Translations under genes and position numbers: made by a program
Origin: the human T2T-CHM13v2.0 reference genome, Homo sapiens
Length of the DNA: 64,000 nucleotides
NCBI RefSeq assembly: GCF_009914755.1
Contig: NC_060926.1
Direction: 5' to 3' (one strand)
Shown here: positions 30,965 through 46,483 of the stretch, in pieces
Layout of the letters: each line of letters opens with the position of its first letter
Numbering within the stretch: position 1 is the stretch's first letter
The notes under the pieces: generated by a model
The model's input: only the letters and a program-made list of their open reading frames with translations
Told to the model about the DNA's origin: nothing
Database searches by the model: none

Positions 30965-31198
30965 GTGGTATGTACAGTTACCTACACAGCAAGCTCATCA
31001 GTATCATGAATTAGAGACTCCCTGCCTCACTTTGTCACCTTCTCCTTTTCCTGTGTCTTCTCTTGAAGAAGAGGAAACTGCAGTTAGAGATGAGAATTGT
31101 GCATTACCCTCACGTTTACATCCTCAAGTAGCACATAAGATTCAAGAATTAGTATCACAGGGAATAGAACAAGTGTATGCAGTAAGGAAACAGCTAAG
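30965..31198 (+). CDS. CARF: CARF coding exon 9 ([14 protein letters not shown]...VRKQLR)
   Basis: Acceptor ctcttaccag|G; donor AG|gtacaa; 234 nt, phase 2-2; overlaps ORF 31032..31253. Confidence 0.95.
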
Positions 31199-31857
31199 GT
31201 ACAATAGAAGAGCATTGTTCTTTTACATTTTTCAGTTTTGTTTGTTGCTTTAAATAATACAGTGAACATTGGAGATATTTTCCAAAATATATGCTATCAG
31301 GGTAGATAAGGAATATAGTTTATTAATTTATTAAAATAATCTTATTTATAAACTGATCATTTTCTAACAAATGCTTGGCAAGCAATGGTGTAATATGGTT
31401 TATTATAATTCTGATTACTCACTTGAGACATTCTATATTTGGATTTGGCAAATTGGACTATGTCTAAATGATGTATAAAATTAAATAGTTAATAAATACT
31501 TTTAGAGAAGAAAACCTTTGTAGCACCAAAGATTTTAAAACCCAGGCCAAGATACTATTTGAAATGCAGTTAAATTTTATTACAACACAATAATTTGGAT
31601 AGTTCTTTGTCTAATGAAATTTTATTTGTAGTACTCTGGTCTAAGTTTTTTGATCCTCAGGAAATAATAATAATTATATAAGTAATTATATAATTACTTA
31701 TTTTGTGTGTGCCAGGTACTGTGCTAGGCTTTTTACATGTATGATCTCATTTAGTCTTACAATAGCACTATTAAGTTGGTATATTTATCCCAATTCTACA
31801 CATGAGAAACTGGAGTCTCAGAGTGGTTAAATAATTGGCTTAAGAGGCAGTGGCAGA

Positions 31858-32157
<300 letters not shown>

Positions 32158-32281
32158 GGCAGTGGCAGAACTGAAATTTAGGCCTAACGCTATATAGCCT
32201 GTGCCTATTACCGTGATTTATGATACTTAGCCTTGCTCTTACTGATTATTGTGTAATCTGATCTGAATAACAAAATAAATA

Positions 32282-32637
32282 TAGTAAGCCCCCTCTTAAA
32301 GGCATGAATAGGTTCTCGAAAACTGCTACTTTAACCAAAAGGAAATACAGCAGGTCCTTGAGTTATATCGTTCTGTTCAACGTCTTTTCTTTTGTTGTTT
32401 TTTTTAACTTTTTTTGTAAAAGAAGCAGGGGTCTTGCTATGTTGCCCAGGCTGGTCTTGAAGTCCTGGCCTCAAGTGATGCACCCAAGAAGATGGGATTG
32501 CAGAAGCAAGCCACTGCACCTGATTCGGTGTTTTCTTATAGCATTGGAGAAAATAATTTGGTTTTGTTGTATGTCCTTTCACTTAAGGTCTCAGTTTCCA
32601 GGAGCCTAACAATGATGTTAACTGAGAGCTTACTGTA
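32282..32637. mobile_element. TcMar-Tigger MITE (MER6-like) interrupted by an antisense Alu monomer (~32385-32525)
   Basis: ~70-bp imperfect terminal inverted repeats (agtaagcc...ataggttctcgaaaactg / cagtttccaggagccta...gcttactg-ta). Confidence 0.75.
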
Positions 32638-33009
32638 ATTCCTAGAATTATTTCCTAATTAATACATGACTTTTCTATTTAGCAGTTTTCTTAGACATTT
32701 TATATTTATTTCCACTGGGGCATCATTAGCATAAGGCAAAAATTTGGTAAAGCCATTCACTATTTACTAAACCTGAATCTTAACAATGGAAGTATAATAC
32801 AGTTCTGCGATTTGGTCCACCAAATGTAATAAGCATATATATGTTAAATTTTATCATTTCTTTTATATATTGATTTTTTATACAATTAAATAACAGTGCT
32901 GCCTTCTATTTCTATCTTCTTTTGTCTCCGTGTAAAATTCAAGCCCATCATATTTCATATAATATTAATTGATACTTTTGGAAGCAATGTAACATGATGT
33001 TTACGCACA

Positions 33010-33200
33010 TAACCTGGGTATAGGCCCAAGCTCTCTTATTTACTAGGTAGGTGTATGATTTTGGGCAAATTATTTCACTTCTACAGTCCTTAGTTCTATC
33101 ATCTGTAAAGTGGGAATGATAATTGTACGTATGTCGTTGATCATTAAGGGTTAAAGGAGATATTTGATGTGAAGTGTTCCATACAGTGCCTGACATAGCA
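33010..33200 (+). mobile_element. MIR
   Basis: ttgggcaaattatttcacttct...catctgtaaagtgggaatgataat...cagtgcctgacatag. Confidence 0.75.
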
Positions 33201-33268
33201 TTAAAAACATTATTATACTTAAACTGAAAATAATGATTTCTTTAAATTCATAAAAATATCAAAGCTCA

Positions 33269-33572
<304 letters not shown>

Positions 33573-33795
33573 CTAATATATTTAGATGTTTTACCAATGA
33601 AAATATTACATTTCTATAGTCTGCAATAATTCTATGTTGTATGGAAAAAGTTTAAATAGGAAAATATAAATTACTTACAGAGCTATAAACCATACTTTAT
33701 AGAAGTTTATACTGAAAGAGAACCTTTCTGTCTTTTGATCTAAAGGCATATTGCTAAATGGTTTATGTCTTTATTCCATTTTGTATTCTTTACAG

Positions 33796-33958
33796 AAAAT
33801 TTGTGGAAAGGGAACTGTTCAAACCCGATGAGGTACCTGAAAGACATAATTTATCTTTTTTTCCAACTGTAAATGATATAAAAAATCACATCCATGAGGT
33901 ACAGAAATCCTTGAGAAATGGAGATACGGTATATAACTCAGAGATTATTCCAGCAACG
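33796..33958 (+). CDS. CARF: CARF coding exon 10 ([10 protein letters not shown]...EIIPAT)
   Basis: Acceptor ttctttacag|A; donor ACG|gtatga; 163 nt; within ORF 33758..33964. Confidence 0.96.
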
Positions 33959-34041
33959 GTATGATTACAACCATAATTCCTTATTACAGAGTCTTTCTCA
34001 GCTTCTATTAATATTTAGTCTAATAAGAATGGCTAGTGTTA

Positions 34042-34389
<348 letters not shown>

Positions 34390-34490
34390 TTAAAATGTAA
34401 ATACTCAATGTTTAGAAAATGACTAAAAGTTTTTTATTACTTTCACAAGAAGAAAAATCAGTGAATTCCCAACTCCATAATAAAAACACT

Positions 34491-35082
<592 letters not shown>

Positions 35083-35224
35083 CCACTAATCTTTATTTTT
35101 AAATCAACATGTATTTTCTCTGTAAAAATTATTCTTACTCATTTAACAGACATTTATTGAGTACTATTGTATATATTTCCCCTCCCTTTTTTAATAAATG
35201 GGCAAATTTAAATACAGTTGTTTG

Positions 35225-35520
<296 letters not shown>

Positions 35521-35523
35521 ATA

Positions 35524-35563
35524 TCCATCTATCCATCCATCCATCCATCCATCCATCCATCCA
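35524..35563. repeat. (TCCA)n tetranucleotide repeat
   Basis: tccatctatccatccatcca... at the Alu tail. Confidence 0.93.
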
Positions 35564-35582
35564 TACAGTTCTTCATACTTGA

Positions 35583-35936
<354 letters not shown>

Positions 35937-36177
35937 TAACTCATAGTTTGATATGGTAGTTTCTCCCTGAATATTAGTCATCTCTGTGAAAATTTTGCCT
36001 ACTCTGAAGAGATTAATTACCCAGAAACAACTAATTACAATACAGCCAGTGATTATGCCATTAAAATCTGAGATGTAGTATATTTTGCTTTCCTAACTTG
36101 TTATCCAAATGCAGTATCTGAAAAAATATGGATATTTTAAAAGCCAAAACTATTTCTTACAATCCATAACTCTTTGT

Positions 36178-36465
36178 CTTTTTTTTTTTTTTTTGAGATA
36201 GAGTTTCACTGTCACCCAGCCAGAGTGCATTCACACAATCACGGCTCACTGCAGCCACGACCTCCAAGACTCAAGCAGTCCTCCCACCTTAGCCTCCTGG
36301 CAGCTGGGACTACAGGCACCAGCCATTACACCCAGCTAATTTTTTAAGTTTTTGTAGAGACTGAGTCTCACTTTGTTGCCCAGGCTGGTCTCAAACTCCT
36401 GGCCTCAAGCACCTCTCCAGCCTTGGCTTCCCAAGCCTTACGGGCATGACCCACTGTACCCAGCC
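36178..36465 (-). mobile_element. AluJ
   Basis: Diverged reverse-complement dimer; TSD ataactctt. Confidence 0.9.
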
Positions 36466-36731
36466 CAATAACTCTTAATTATTCACTATCTAAATGTTAG
36501 AAGTAGTCCTTGTCATCTACACTGTTGTCTAAATCCTTGCTATCTGAACTCAGGAATTTAATGTATTTGTATAGTAAAGTATACTTGTGCTTGAAGAATA
36601 TGAACAAGTGAAGAGAGTAGTTGCAGAATAAATCACATACTGTGAATAAAATATGACAGTCGTAATGACGTCTTAAGATATTTTTCAATATAAGAGCTTT
36701 ATTTTTACTGAAATAAATGTTCCCATTTCAG

Positions 36732-36795
36732 CTTCAATGGACTACAGACAGTGGGAATATTCTCAAAGAGACCATGACAGTTACATTTGCAGAAG
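36732..36795 (+). CDS. CARF: CARF coding exon 11 ([21 protein letters not shown])
   Basis: Acceptor cccatttcag|CTT; donor AAG|gtaggt; 64 nt, phase 0-1. Confidence 0.94.
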
Positions 36796-37302
36796 GTAGG
36801 TTTTCTTGAATACCTTTAAAATATAAATTCAAATGGTGTTTAACTGGAAGGAACTTAAGATATTATCTCATCTAATCAAATTTTATAGATAAGGAAACCA
36901 GGATCCAAAGACGTAGGAGCAGCTATGTTATGGTTTATCAACATACTTCCTACTATTTTAATTTCCTCTTATACTTTGTTTTTAATGCTTTTTTATGACT
37001 GACATTTTGAAGCTGATAACTAGCACAGTTAACTGTAGCTAATTCACTAAGTCTGGCTAATTCCAGTAGTAATAACCCTAAGATGCCCTGATCTGGGAAC
37101 TATGGTCCATTTTTTACGGTTGCTTTTTCTCATGTGTTCTTACTGCTGGGCCCTTTCAATATTCCAAACTTATTTCCACCCTTTTGCATTTCTTCTCTGT
37201 TCTGGAAATGTCTTTTTTCTTATGCATGGCAAACTCCTCTTAGTACTCAAATTGTAATCTCTTTTAAGTACATTCATAACTTCACCCCCTATATAAAGTT
37301 AA

Positions 37303-37607
<305 letters not shown>

Positions 37608-38438
37608 CAAACCTCTGAATTTCTATAATGAGCATCTGACTGATAGCATTTACTGAGCTCAGCAACACTGGCAAAAGAATAGAGCATTGGTAGGACAGGA
37701 GAGAGAATAAAGGACTTACTAGATTTGTAAAGTTGAGTATCTGAGCCATTTCAGTGGCGTGGATTGGGAGGAAGCCATATTGGGGTGATTGAAGTGTGAA
37801 TGGGAGATGAGGAAGGAGTAGGGACTCCTTAAAAAGTGTACCACTTTTTCAGGAATTTTGCAATGGCAAATGTGGTTGAGGGAACGTATTTTAAGAGTAG
37901 AGAACTGAAAAGATAGATGAAGATGGTGATGGGAAGTTGAAGAAACTTCTGTTGGCTTTCCTTTTCTCTGTAAGAGTGCTAAGGATAAGGAAAGGTTTCA
38001 AGAAGGGTGGCATGGATTTGAGGGAAATGCAAATTAGAAATTATCCTGGATAGAGAGTGAAACATTGCCAGATACAGGTGAAGGTCCAATCAAAGTTAAT
38101 AGTGAATTGGTATTAGTAGAATTAGTGAGTTTCTTTTTCAGTGGCACTCAGCTTCCCATGTATTGGTGCAGGAAAGCCATTTTTATGCAGAGTTAGGGTT
38201 TTACTGGAGGGATATGACCAAAGGACAGAGAGGCAAGAGAGTTTAGGTACTTGTAAAAGAGTGACTGAAATTTTATAGACCTAGGACTGTAAGCTGGATG
38301 GGGGAAGAATTTTATTAAGAAAGAGGTTGATGGATCTGAAGAAAACTGAGGGATTAATTGACTGGAGGTTCACATGAGGTTGAAGAACAATTGTAGTGAA
38401 ATACATGAGCAAAATCTCTGGAAGAATAAGAGGTTGTA

Positions 38439-38896
<458 letters not shown>

Positions 38897-38980
38897 TTAG
38901 TCCTCTCAGTGGTCCATTGAGAAAGGACTCTTAAGCTGATTTTACAGATGAGGAAGCTGAAGTTTAGAAACTAAGTTATA

Positions 38981-39290
<310 letters not shown>

Positions 39291-39421
39291 AACTGAGTTA
39301 TATAGCGTATTGAAGGTGACACAGAAAGCCAGTGCTTAAATCCATTCTTCTCTGATACTCTGGCCATTTTAAAATCAGTCAGTTGTATTATGGAAGCAAT
39401 AAATGTTCATTGATAATTAGG

Positions 39422-39720
39422 TTTTCTCTTTCTGTTTTGAGACAGGGTTTCACTCTGTCACCCATGGTTGAGTACAGTGGGACGATCTTGGCTCATTGTA
39501 TCCTCTGCCTCCTGGGCTCCAGTGATCCTCCCACCTTAGCCCCCCAAGTAGCTGGGACTACAGGCACATGCCACCACGCCTGGCTAATTTGTGTATTTTT
39601 ACTAGAGGCAAGGTTTCACCGTGTTGCCCAGGCTGGTCTCAAACTCCTGGTCTCAAGTTATCCATCTGCTCTGGCCTCCTAAAGTGCTGAGATTACAAGC
39701 GTGAGCCACTTCGCCTGGCC
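39422..39720 (-). mobile_element. AluJ
   Basis: Reverse-complement dimer; TSD gataattag. Confidence 0.92.
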
Positions 39721-40078
39721 GATAATTAGTTCTTCACTGACTTAAAGAGATGAATATATTTGGGTTAACGTATAAGAATTACATGAGAATGATTCAAATT
39801 CCCTACAATTAGTTTAAATTTGAGATACTAAGAAAATAGAGTTTTTATTTTTATTCATTTATACCAAAATGAGTTATTGAAATAAATTTAATGCTGTTAT
39901 CATTAAAGACCAATTTTTCCAGGTATTGTCCTAGTTACTAGGGCTACAAAAGGTGAATTAAGTTTGGTGTTAATTGAGAAGCTCCTTAGATTTCACACTT
40001 CTAGAGAAGTTTAGTATAGTCCAGCATTATAGTACGGAGAACACACTAGATTCGAGTTACAGATATAGCGTCTTTCAA

Positions 40079-40079
<1 letters not shown>

Positions 40080-40131
<52 letters not shown>
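40080..40131. repeat. (TA)26 perfect microsatellite
   Basis: Uninterrupted TA run abutting the MER2 terminus. Confidence 0.97.
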
Positions 40132-40134
<3 letters not shown>

Positions 40135-40451
40135 GTGCCTCTGTATCTATGGGTTCTGTATCCATGGCTTCAACAAACTGCTGACCAAAAATATATTTTT
40201 AATTGGATGTATACCAAACATGTACATATTTTTTCCCTATTATAATCTAGAGATGATTTAAAGTATATTGGAAGACTTCTACATTGTATTGTGTATTATA
40301 GGTAATCCAGAGAGGATTTAAAGTTTGTGGGAGGATATGCTTAGATTTTATGCAAATACGATGCCATTTTATATCAGGAACTGAGCATCTGCAGATTTTT
40401 ATTTCTGATGGAGGTCCTGGAACCAGTCTTCCATGGATATGGAGGGACAAT
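40131..40451. mobile_element. MER2-like TcMar-Tigger element
   Basis: TIR-like ends agttgtgcctctgtatctatgg / ccatggatatggagggacaa; internal gccattttatatcaggaactgagcatctgcagatttt. Confidence 0.8.
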
Positions 40452-40569
40452 CCCATTCTAGATCTACCGAATTAAAATTAATGGAGGTTAAACCTAGGAA
40501 TCTATGTTTTCTTAAACATCCCTTAGAGATTCTTATTATCTGCCAGGTTCTGCAAATAGTGGGCTACAT

Positions 40570-40879
40570 CAGCAGTCCCCAGCCTTTTTGGCATCAAGGA
40601 CCGGTTTTGTGGAACACAATTTTTCCACAGACCCAGGGTGGAGAGTTGGGGGGATGGTTTTGGGATTAAACTGTTCCACCTCAGATCATCAGGCATTAGA
40701 TTCTCATAAGGAGTGTGCAACTTAGATCCAAGAATCTAATGTTTCTGCTGATCTAACACGAGGTAGAGCTCACGCGGTAAGGCTTCCTCATGCAGTAAGG
40801 CTTGCTTGCCCCATGCTCACCTCCTGCTGTGCAGCCCAGTTCCTAACAAGGCACAGACTGGTAGGGTCAGGGACCCTTG
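40570..40879 (+). mobile_element. MER1B (hAT-Charlie)
   Basis: cagcagtccccagcc...aaactgttccacctcagatcatcaggcattagattctc...gggacccttg; 8-bp TSD ggctacat/ggctagat. Confidence 0.85.
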
Positions 40880-41023
40880 GGCTAGATGACTTATTGAAGT
40901 CCTTTGCAAAACTTTGAAAGTATTTCCTATTTTAGTTCTGACAGAAAGGGTTGTAATAAAGTATTTTTATGACTTCATAGAAGCCATAAAAATTATTTTA
41001 ATAGTTTCTTTAATATAATTTAG

Positions 41024-41154
41024 GAAATTCACCAGGAGAATCAATTACCACCAAAGTGGAAACAAATCAGACCAGGGGTTCTTTGTCTCCTGAGCCAACC
41101 CACTTGCTCTCCTCACTCTCCTCATTTCAGCCCAAAATATTTACACAACTACAG
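41024..41154 (+). CDS. CARF: CARF coding exon 12 ([10 protein letters not shown]...IFTQLQ)
   Basis: Acceptor ataatttag|GA; donor CAG|gtaggt; 131 nt, phase 1-0. Confidence 0.94.
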
Positions 41155-41540
41155 GTAGGTATCCAGTAAAATATCCAAATTTGAGGTCCTTCTCTTTATT
41201 CCTCCATTTACCTCTTCTTCTCCTAGGGATTTTAGAGAATTGTTACAGAATTATAATAATGATGAAATATGTTTTCATTGTTAATTTCCTGATCTTTTTG
41301 TTTCTTGATTTAAGATAATTCAAACAGTATGTTTTTTAAAAGTTTAAAGTTGACTATGAATGCAGTAAATTTAGTTGTACTACTTTTCCCTTGATTCTTG
41401 TTTCTTTCTTCATTTAATAATTATTTTTAACCATACTCTTTTTATTTGTTCGGATTTTTTGTCAAAAGAATTGTATATCCTATGAGAATATCATACATAG
41501 GAAATTCAAACATTTTGATGTACTCTTTTTGGTTTAAAAG

Positions 41541-41910
41541 GGTTTGCAGTTACAACCAAGGTACACCTCTCCTGATGAATCACCAGCTGTGGTATCAGTA
41601 AATAACCAGCCGTCCTCTAGTCCTTCAGGACTTCTGGATACAATAGGAAGTGCTGTAATGAATAATAATTCTCTACTGCTTGGTCAAAGTCATAGCCTTC
41701 AAAGAGATACATGCTTAACCCAAAACAATAGTACTGCCTCCACCATGGGTAACCTTCCAGAACCAGATCAAAATCTAGTTGCAATGGACGAGCTGGTAGA
41801 AGTTGGAGATGTTGAGGATACAGGGAATCTGGAAGGAACTGTTCATCGGATTCTGTTGGGAGATGTGCAGACTATTCCAATACAGATTATAGACAACCAC
41901 TCAGCTCTTA
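41541..41910 (+). CDS. CARF: CARF coding exon 13 ([10 protein letters not shown]...DNHSAL)
   Basis: Acceptor ggtttaaaag|GGT; donor A|gtaagt; 370 nt; within ORF 41544..41981. Confidence 0.95.
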
Positions 41911-42351
41911 GTAAGTTGAAATCAATTTATGATGTTATTGTTGTAACCTTTGTGGATTATCATCACTATATTATACTATAGATAAAACTATTATTTCTAC
42001 CCAGTGGGTCTATGATATTATGTAAATGAAGCAAAATTATGAGAGAGAAGGAGGAGATTTCATTACCCTGCGTTTCAGAACTTTTAACCTTAAATTTTCT
42101 TCTTCTTATTTCTAATTATTTAGTACCGTAGAAATTACTTATTCCCTAATTACCTGTTTTCCATGGAAAATCTGTGGTAATGTGAAACCAGGAAGGTCAT
42201 TTTAGAGTACATGAAAAAATTAATAGGAAAAAATTAAACAAGGAAAAATATTTTCATGCAAAGGTTATTATGGAAGAATTGATGTATGCACACATACACA
42301 AAGAAAAATGAAAGAAGTAGGCATATATGAAGGTTAAAAGGAAGATTTTCA

Positions 42352-42640
42352 TTTTTGGTTTTTTGTTGTTTTGAGACAGAGTCTCATTCTGTCACCCAGG
42401 CTGGAGTACAATGATGCAATCACAGGTCACTGCAGCCTTGACCTCCTTGGTTCAAGCGATCTTCCCACCTCAGCTTCCCAAGTAGCTGGGACCACAGGCA
42501 CATGCCACCATACTGGGCAAATTCTTTAATTTTTTTTTTTTAAACCAGCCTGTTGCGCAGGCTGGTCTTGAACTCCTGGGCTCAAGCAATCCTCCCACCT
42601 CAGCCTCCCACTCCTCACGCAGTGAGCCACTGCACCTGGC
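42352..42640 (-). mobile_element. AluJ
   Basis: Reverse-complement dimer; TSD aaaaggaagattt. Confidence 0.92.
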
Positions 42641-42974
42641 CAAAAGGAAGATTTGGAATTACAAAATAAATGTTGAGTTGAAAGGGAACTAGTAAGACTT
42701 GGGCATTTAGGTTTAGCCCAAGACCTTCTTACCTTCACTTTATTACTAATCTCTGTCAACATAGAAGTAAACTCTGTTAACTCCTACTTTATCTGTTACT
42801 TCTTTGCACATGAATTGTTCTGGATTGGGCACTTTTGTGGGAAAAGATTTGCAGTTTGCTTTGAAGAACAAAAGTTTTCACAGAAGTTATTTTTAGAATA
42901 TAAAATATTTTTCCCCTCTCTTCCAGTGTCATGAAATAGATTAACTTTTAGGATTTTTCTGTTTGTTTTTAAAG

Positions 42975-43093
42975 TTGAAGAAAATCCAGAAAGTACCATT
43001 TCTGTGAGCCAAGTTAAACAAGAACCCAAAGAACCAGCATTGTCTATGGAAGCAAAAAAAACTGTGGACTATAAGAAATTATCTGCTACATAA
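42975..43093 (+). CDS. CARF: CARF last coding exon (IEENPESTIS...KKLSAT*)
   Basis: Acceptor gtttttaaag|TT; stop TAA 43091-43093; completes the 726-codon frame. Confidence 0.95.
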
Positions 43094-44229
43094 ATTATTG
43101 AAGCTTTTCAGAATTTACAACTCTGGTGACTTCTGATGTCTTAGAAAGGAAGGTGAATATAGTCAAAGCGTGGCATTGAGATAATTGGACTGAAGACCAG
43201 TTTGATGAGAAGCTTTTATTTAAAACTGATATATTTGTTGCCAGTTCCATATTTTTACCTTCCTTAAGAGATGTTTTACTCTTCTTATTTTGTATAATTT
43301 TTATGCTCTTTGATTATCTAATAAGGCCAGTATTTCAAAAGCTGTTCTGAATTTATCCACAGTAATATAGTCTGAACACAAATAGTTTACTTAACTTATC
43401 CTTGGAAATATTCAATTTTGGTTATTACAAAACAGAAAAGAACAACAGCAACAAAAACATTGTGTGAATATATGTTTGTATGTGTGTATGTATATCATGA
43501 ATTTTTTTTTTAAGTTCTGAAAAAGAACTTGTTCTCTCCTTAAAGTTGTGAAGAAATTGTTAATTGCCAGACAGGTAAGAAAATGTTTATAATCTATCTC
43601 ATTAAGAAAGATGAAGTATTAGATTTTACATCATAACACAAAGTCCAGCAGCTACATCTGTGGAAACTGTGCAGTTGCATTTTAGCCTCTTCCCTTCCAA
43701 TTTTTGTACTTTTAACTACAAACCAGTAGTATACTAATGGTTATCTAATAGAAATTTAAAGTGTCTTGGTAAGTACTGAGAATTTTTACTTGAATTAATC
43801 AGATAAGCAACAGAAATCAACATATGTAGCATGGATTTGTGCTATATTGGAAGTAAAACACTATAGGCAGAAAGATGTAGAAATTAAGAGAATTGAAAAA
43901 GAATAATAGAATTCCTTGGTGTTTACAGATAATTTGGAAAACTTTTTGATGACAGCAGAGGATTTTTTCCCCCTTATTTTGTAATGAAGATCCAGCACTG
44001 GTTAAAAAATAATTTGATTTGTAGTTACATTTTTCTATGCCAGAGCTCTTACTGAATTGATGATATTAGGATTTCTAGTATTTTAAGGTAAGTATTTATA
44101 GTTTAAAATTTAGTTTATATTTAAAACTTTAAAACATCTGATCTGGGATTTTTTTGTTAAGTAAGTATATTAACTTCAAATACCAAATTACTACTAAGCA
44201 GTATATTGATTATAAGCATCTGTTGTCTA

Positions 44230-44584
<355 letters not shown>

Positions 44585-46337
44585 CTAAAGGCTTTTGTTT
44601 CTCCAGAGACCATTTGTGGGTATATTTTATATTTTAAAAATAAAGATTTTAAATGGATATCAATGTTTAATATTCAAAACATGCACAATATAATATCAAA
44701 TTTAACCTTAATACTTTACATGAATATGAGTCACTTTTGGCTTTTCTAAGTCCAGCCTCCCATTCTTAATTGACTTGGTTTCAGGTACATGACATGTATC
44801 TAAATATAAAGTACTGTTATAGTAGAGGTAGGTGGAATTCTAATATTCCCTGCTCTTTAGATTTATATTTTATTTAATATAAAGTTTATTATTTATACCC
44901 TTTTTAATGCAAAGCTAATATTTAGTTATATGTATGATTTTTAATAAAAATTACTTTACTTTTTCCTATGAATTTAAAACATTTGATGTTGGCATTTTAT
45001 ACAGGCAGGTTGCCAAATTTAATTATGTTACACTAAGTTAAACACAGCACTTAATTACCTCAAATCCAGATTTCTCTTAATCTGTGTGTACATAAAAGGA
45101 ATAAGTCCAAATTAATTTATAGTTTAGTGTTGCACTATAGGTAATATTCTTTTGTTATTTCTAGTTTTTATGGAATCCTTTTCTTTCAAGATTCTAAATA
45201 ATAAATCGTTACCTCTCAATAGTGGTAATAGTGGTAATGGTTTATTATTAGCTATTTCACCAATTGAACTACATTCTTTTGGAGACATTCCTTTCTTTTT
45301 TGATGTTGATTTGCAAAGGAGAAATGCTTGTTAATATACAAACTCTAGTCAGTTACCTGTGAGGATGAGATGTGTCAGAGGACTCAGACTTTGGTATAGT
45401 TAGAAAAATAATATTTTTCTCACTTGATTCTGTGTGAATGTCTCTTCTGATACTGTTTTTTAATCAGAAAGTTACAGAGCAACTTTCCCACAAACAAACC
45501 AATAAAACAAAACCCCACAAAAACCAAGAGCATGAAGAAAAGTTTAAATCCCTAATTATATACTCTTTTGGTTTTTAGGTAGAAACTGGAGCTATCAATA
45601 TTTTCATGTAAGTATTTCAAGGAGTAGCTCTTTAAAAATGGTTTCTAAATTAGATTTTAAAAATTCATTGTCATCTAAATGCATGTTTAGTCACAATGTA
45701 TCAGTATTGTGTTTAAAGGTGCTCAGCATCACTTTTTGAAAACTATGTTTACATATTTAAAATGTTTAATTATTTTGAAATGTATAGGGTATTAAATACA
45801 AGCTTCTAAAATTTTCAGTATCTATATTGGCTTTCTCTAACAGCTCTACAGCAAAGTTTGACATGTTTTTTGTGTGTGTCATGTATTGTAAGTTGTAATA
45901 TCTGTAGGAGTGAGTTGGACATTCTAAATTAGCAGTAAAAAATTCACAATTACAGCTCAGCTTGTTTATTCATTATAGTTTCCACATTTCCAACTTCCAA
46001 GTGAACTTTATATATACTACAGTGAATTATAGATAAATACAGCCATGGTGGACCTTTCCCTCAATAGTGATTTTTTGTACAAACAGTTAGTATAATTAAA
46101 AGGAAAAGCTTTTATATTTTATGCAAGGTAAATGTTTCCTAAATGTCACAAAAGTGATAGAAAACATAGCTTTTGGGATCTGGTCCTGCATTAGAGTTTC
46201 TAATTCTGAGACCCACCAGCTTGTGTTTCATCTTCTTTATATCCTGTCAGAATACATACTTAATCATGTGGGTATGAGAAAGATGTTGTTTAACTTGTAC
46301 CAGGTTTAAAAAAAGAGGTTTAAAAAATGTCTGTGCG

Positions 46338-46369
<32 letters not shown>

Positions 46370-46376
46370 TATATAC

Positions 46377-46411
<35 letters not shown>

Positions 46412-46435
46412 CGTATATATATATATATATATATA
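46338..46435. repeat. Interrupted (TA)n repeat, 98 nt, near the 3' UTR end
   Basis: TA runs punctuated by CA and one CG. Confidence 0.96.
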
Positions 46436-46477
46436 GCAACTTGATGTATAGTGTCCTTGTTACCATGTATTTTTTTC

Positions 46478-46483
46478 ATTAAA
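46478..46483 (+). terminator. Probable distal polyadenylation signal ATTAAA (alternatives: AATAAA at 44639, 44943, 46570)
   Basis: Two TGTA (CFIm) motifs within 35 nt upstream and a U/GU-rich tract downstream. Confidence 0.55.
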
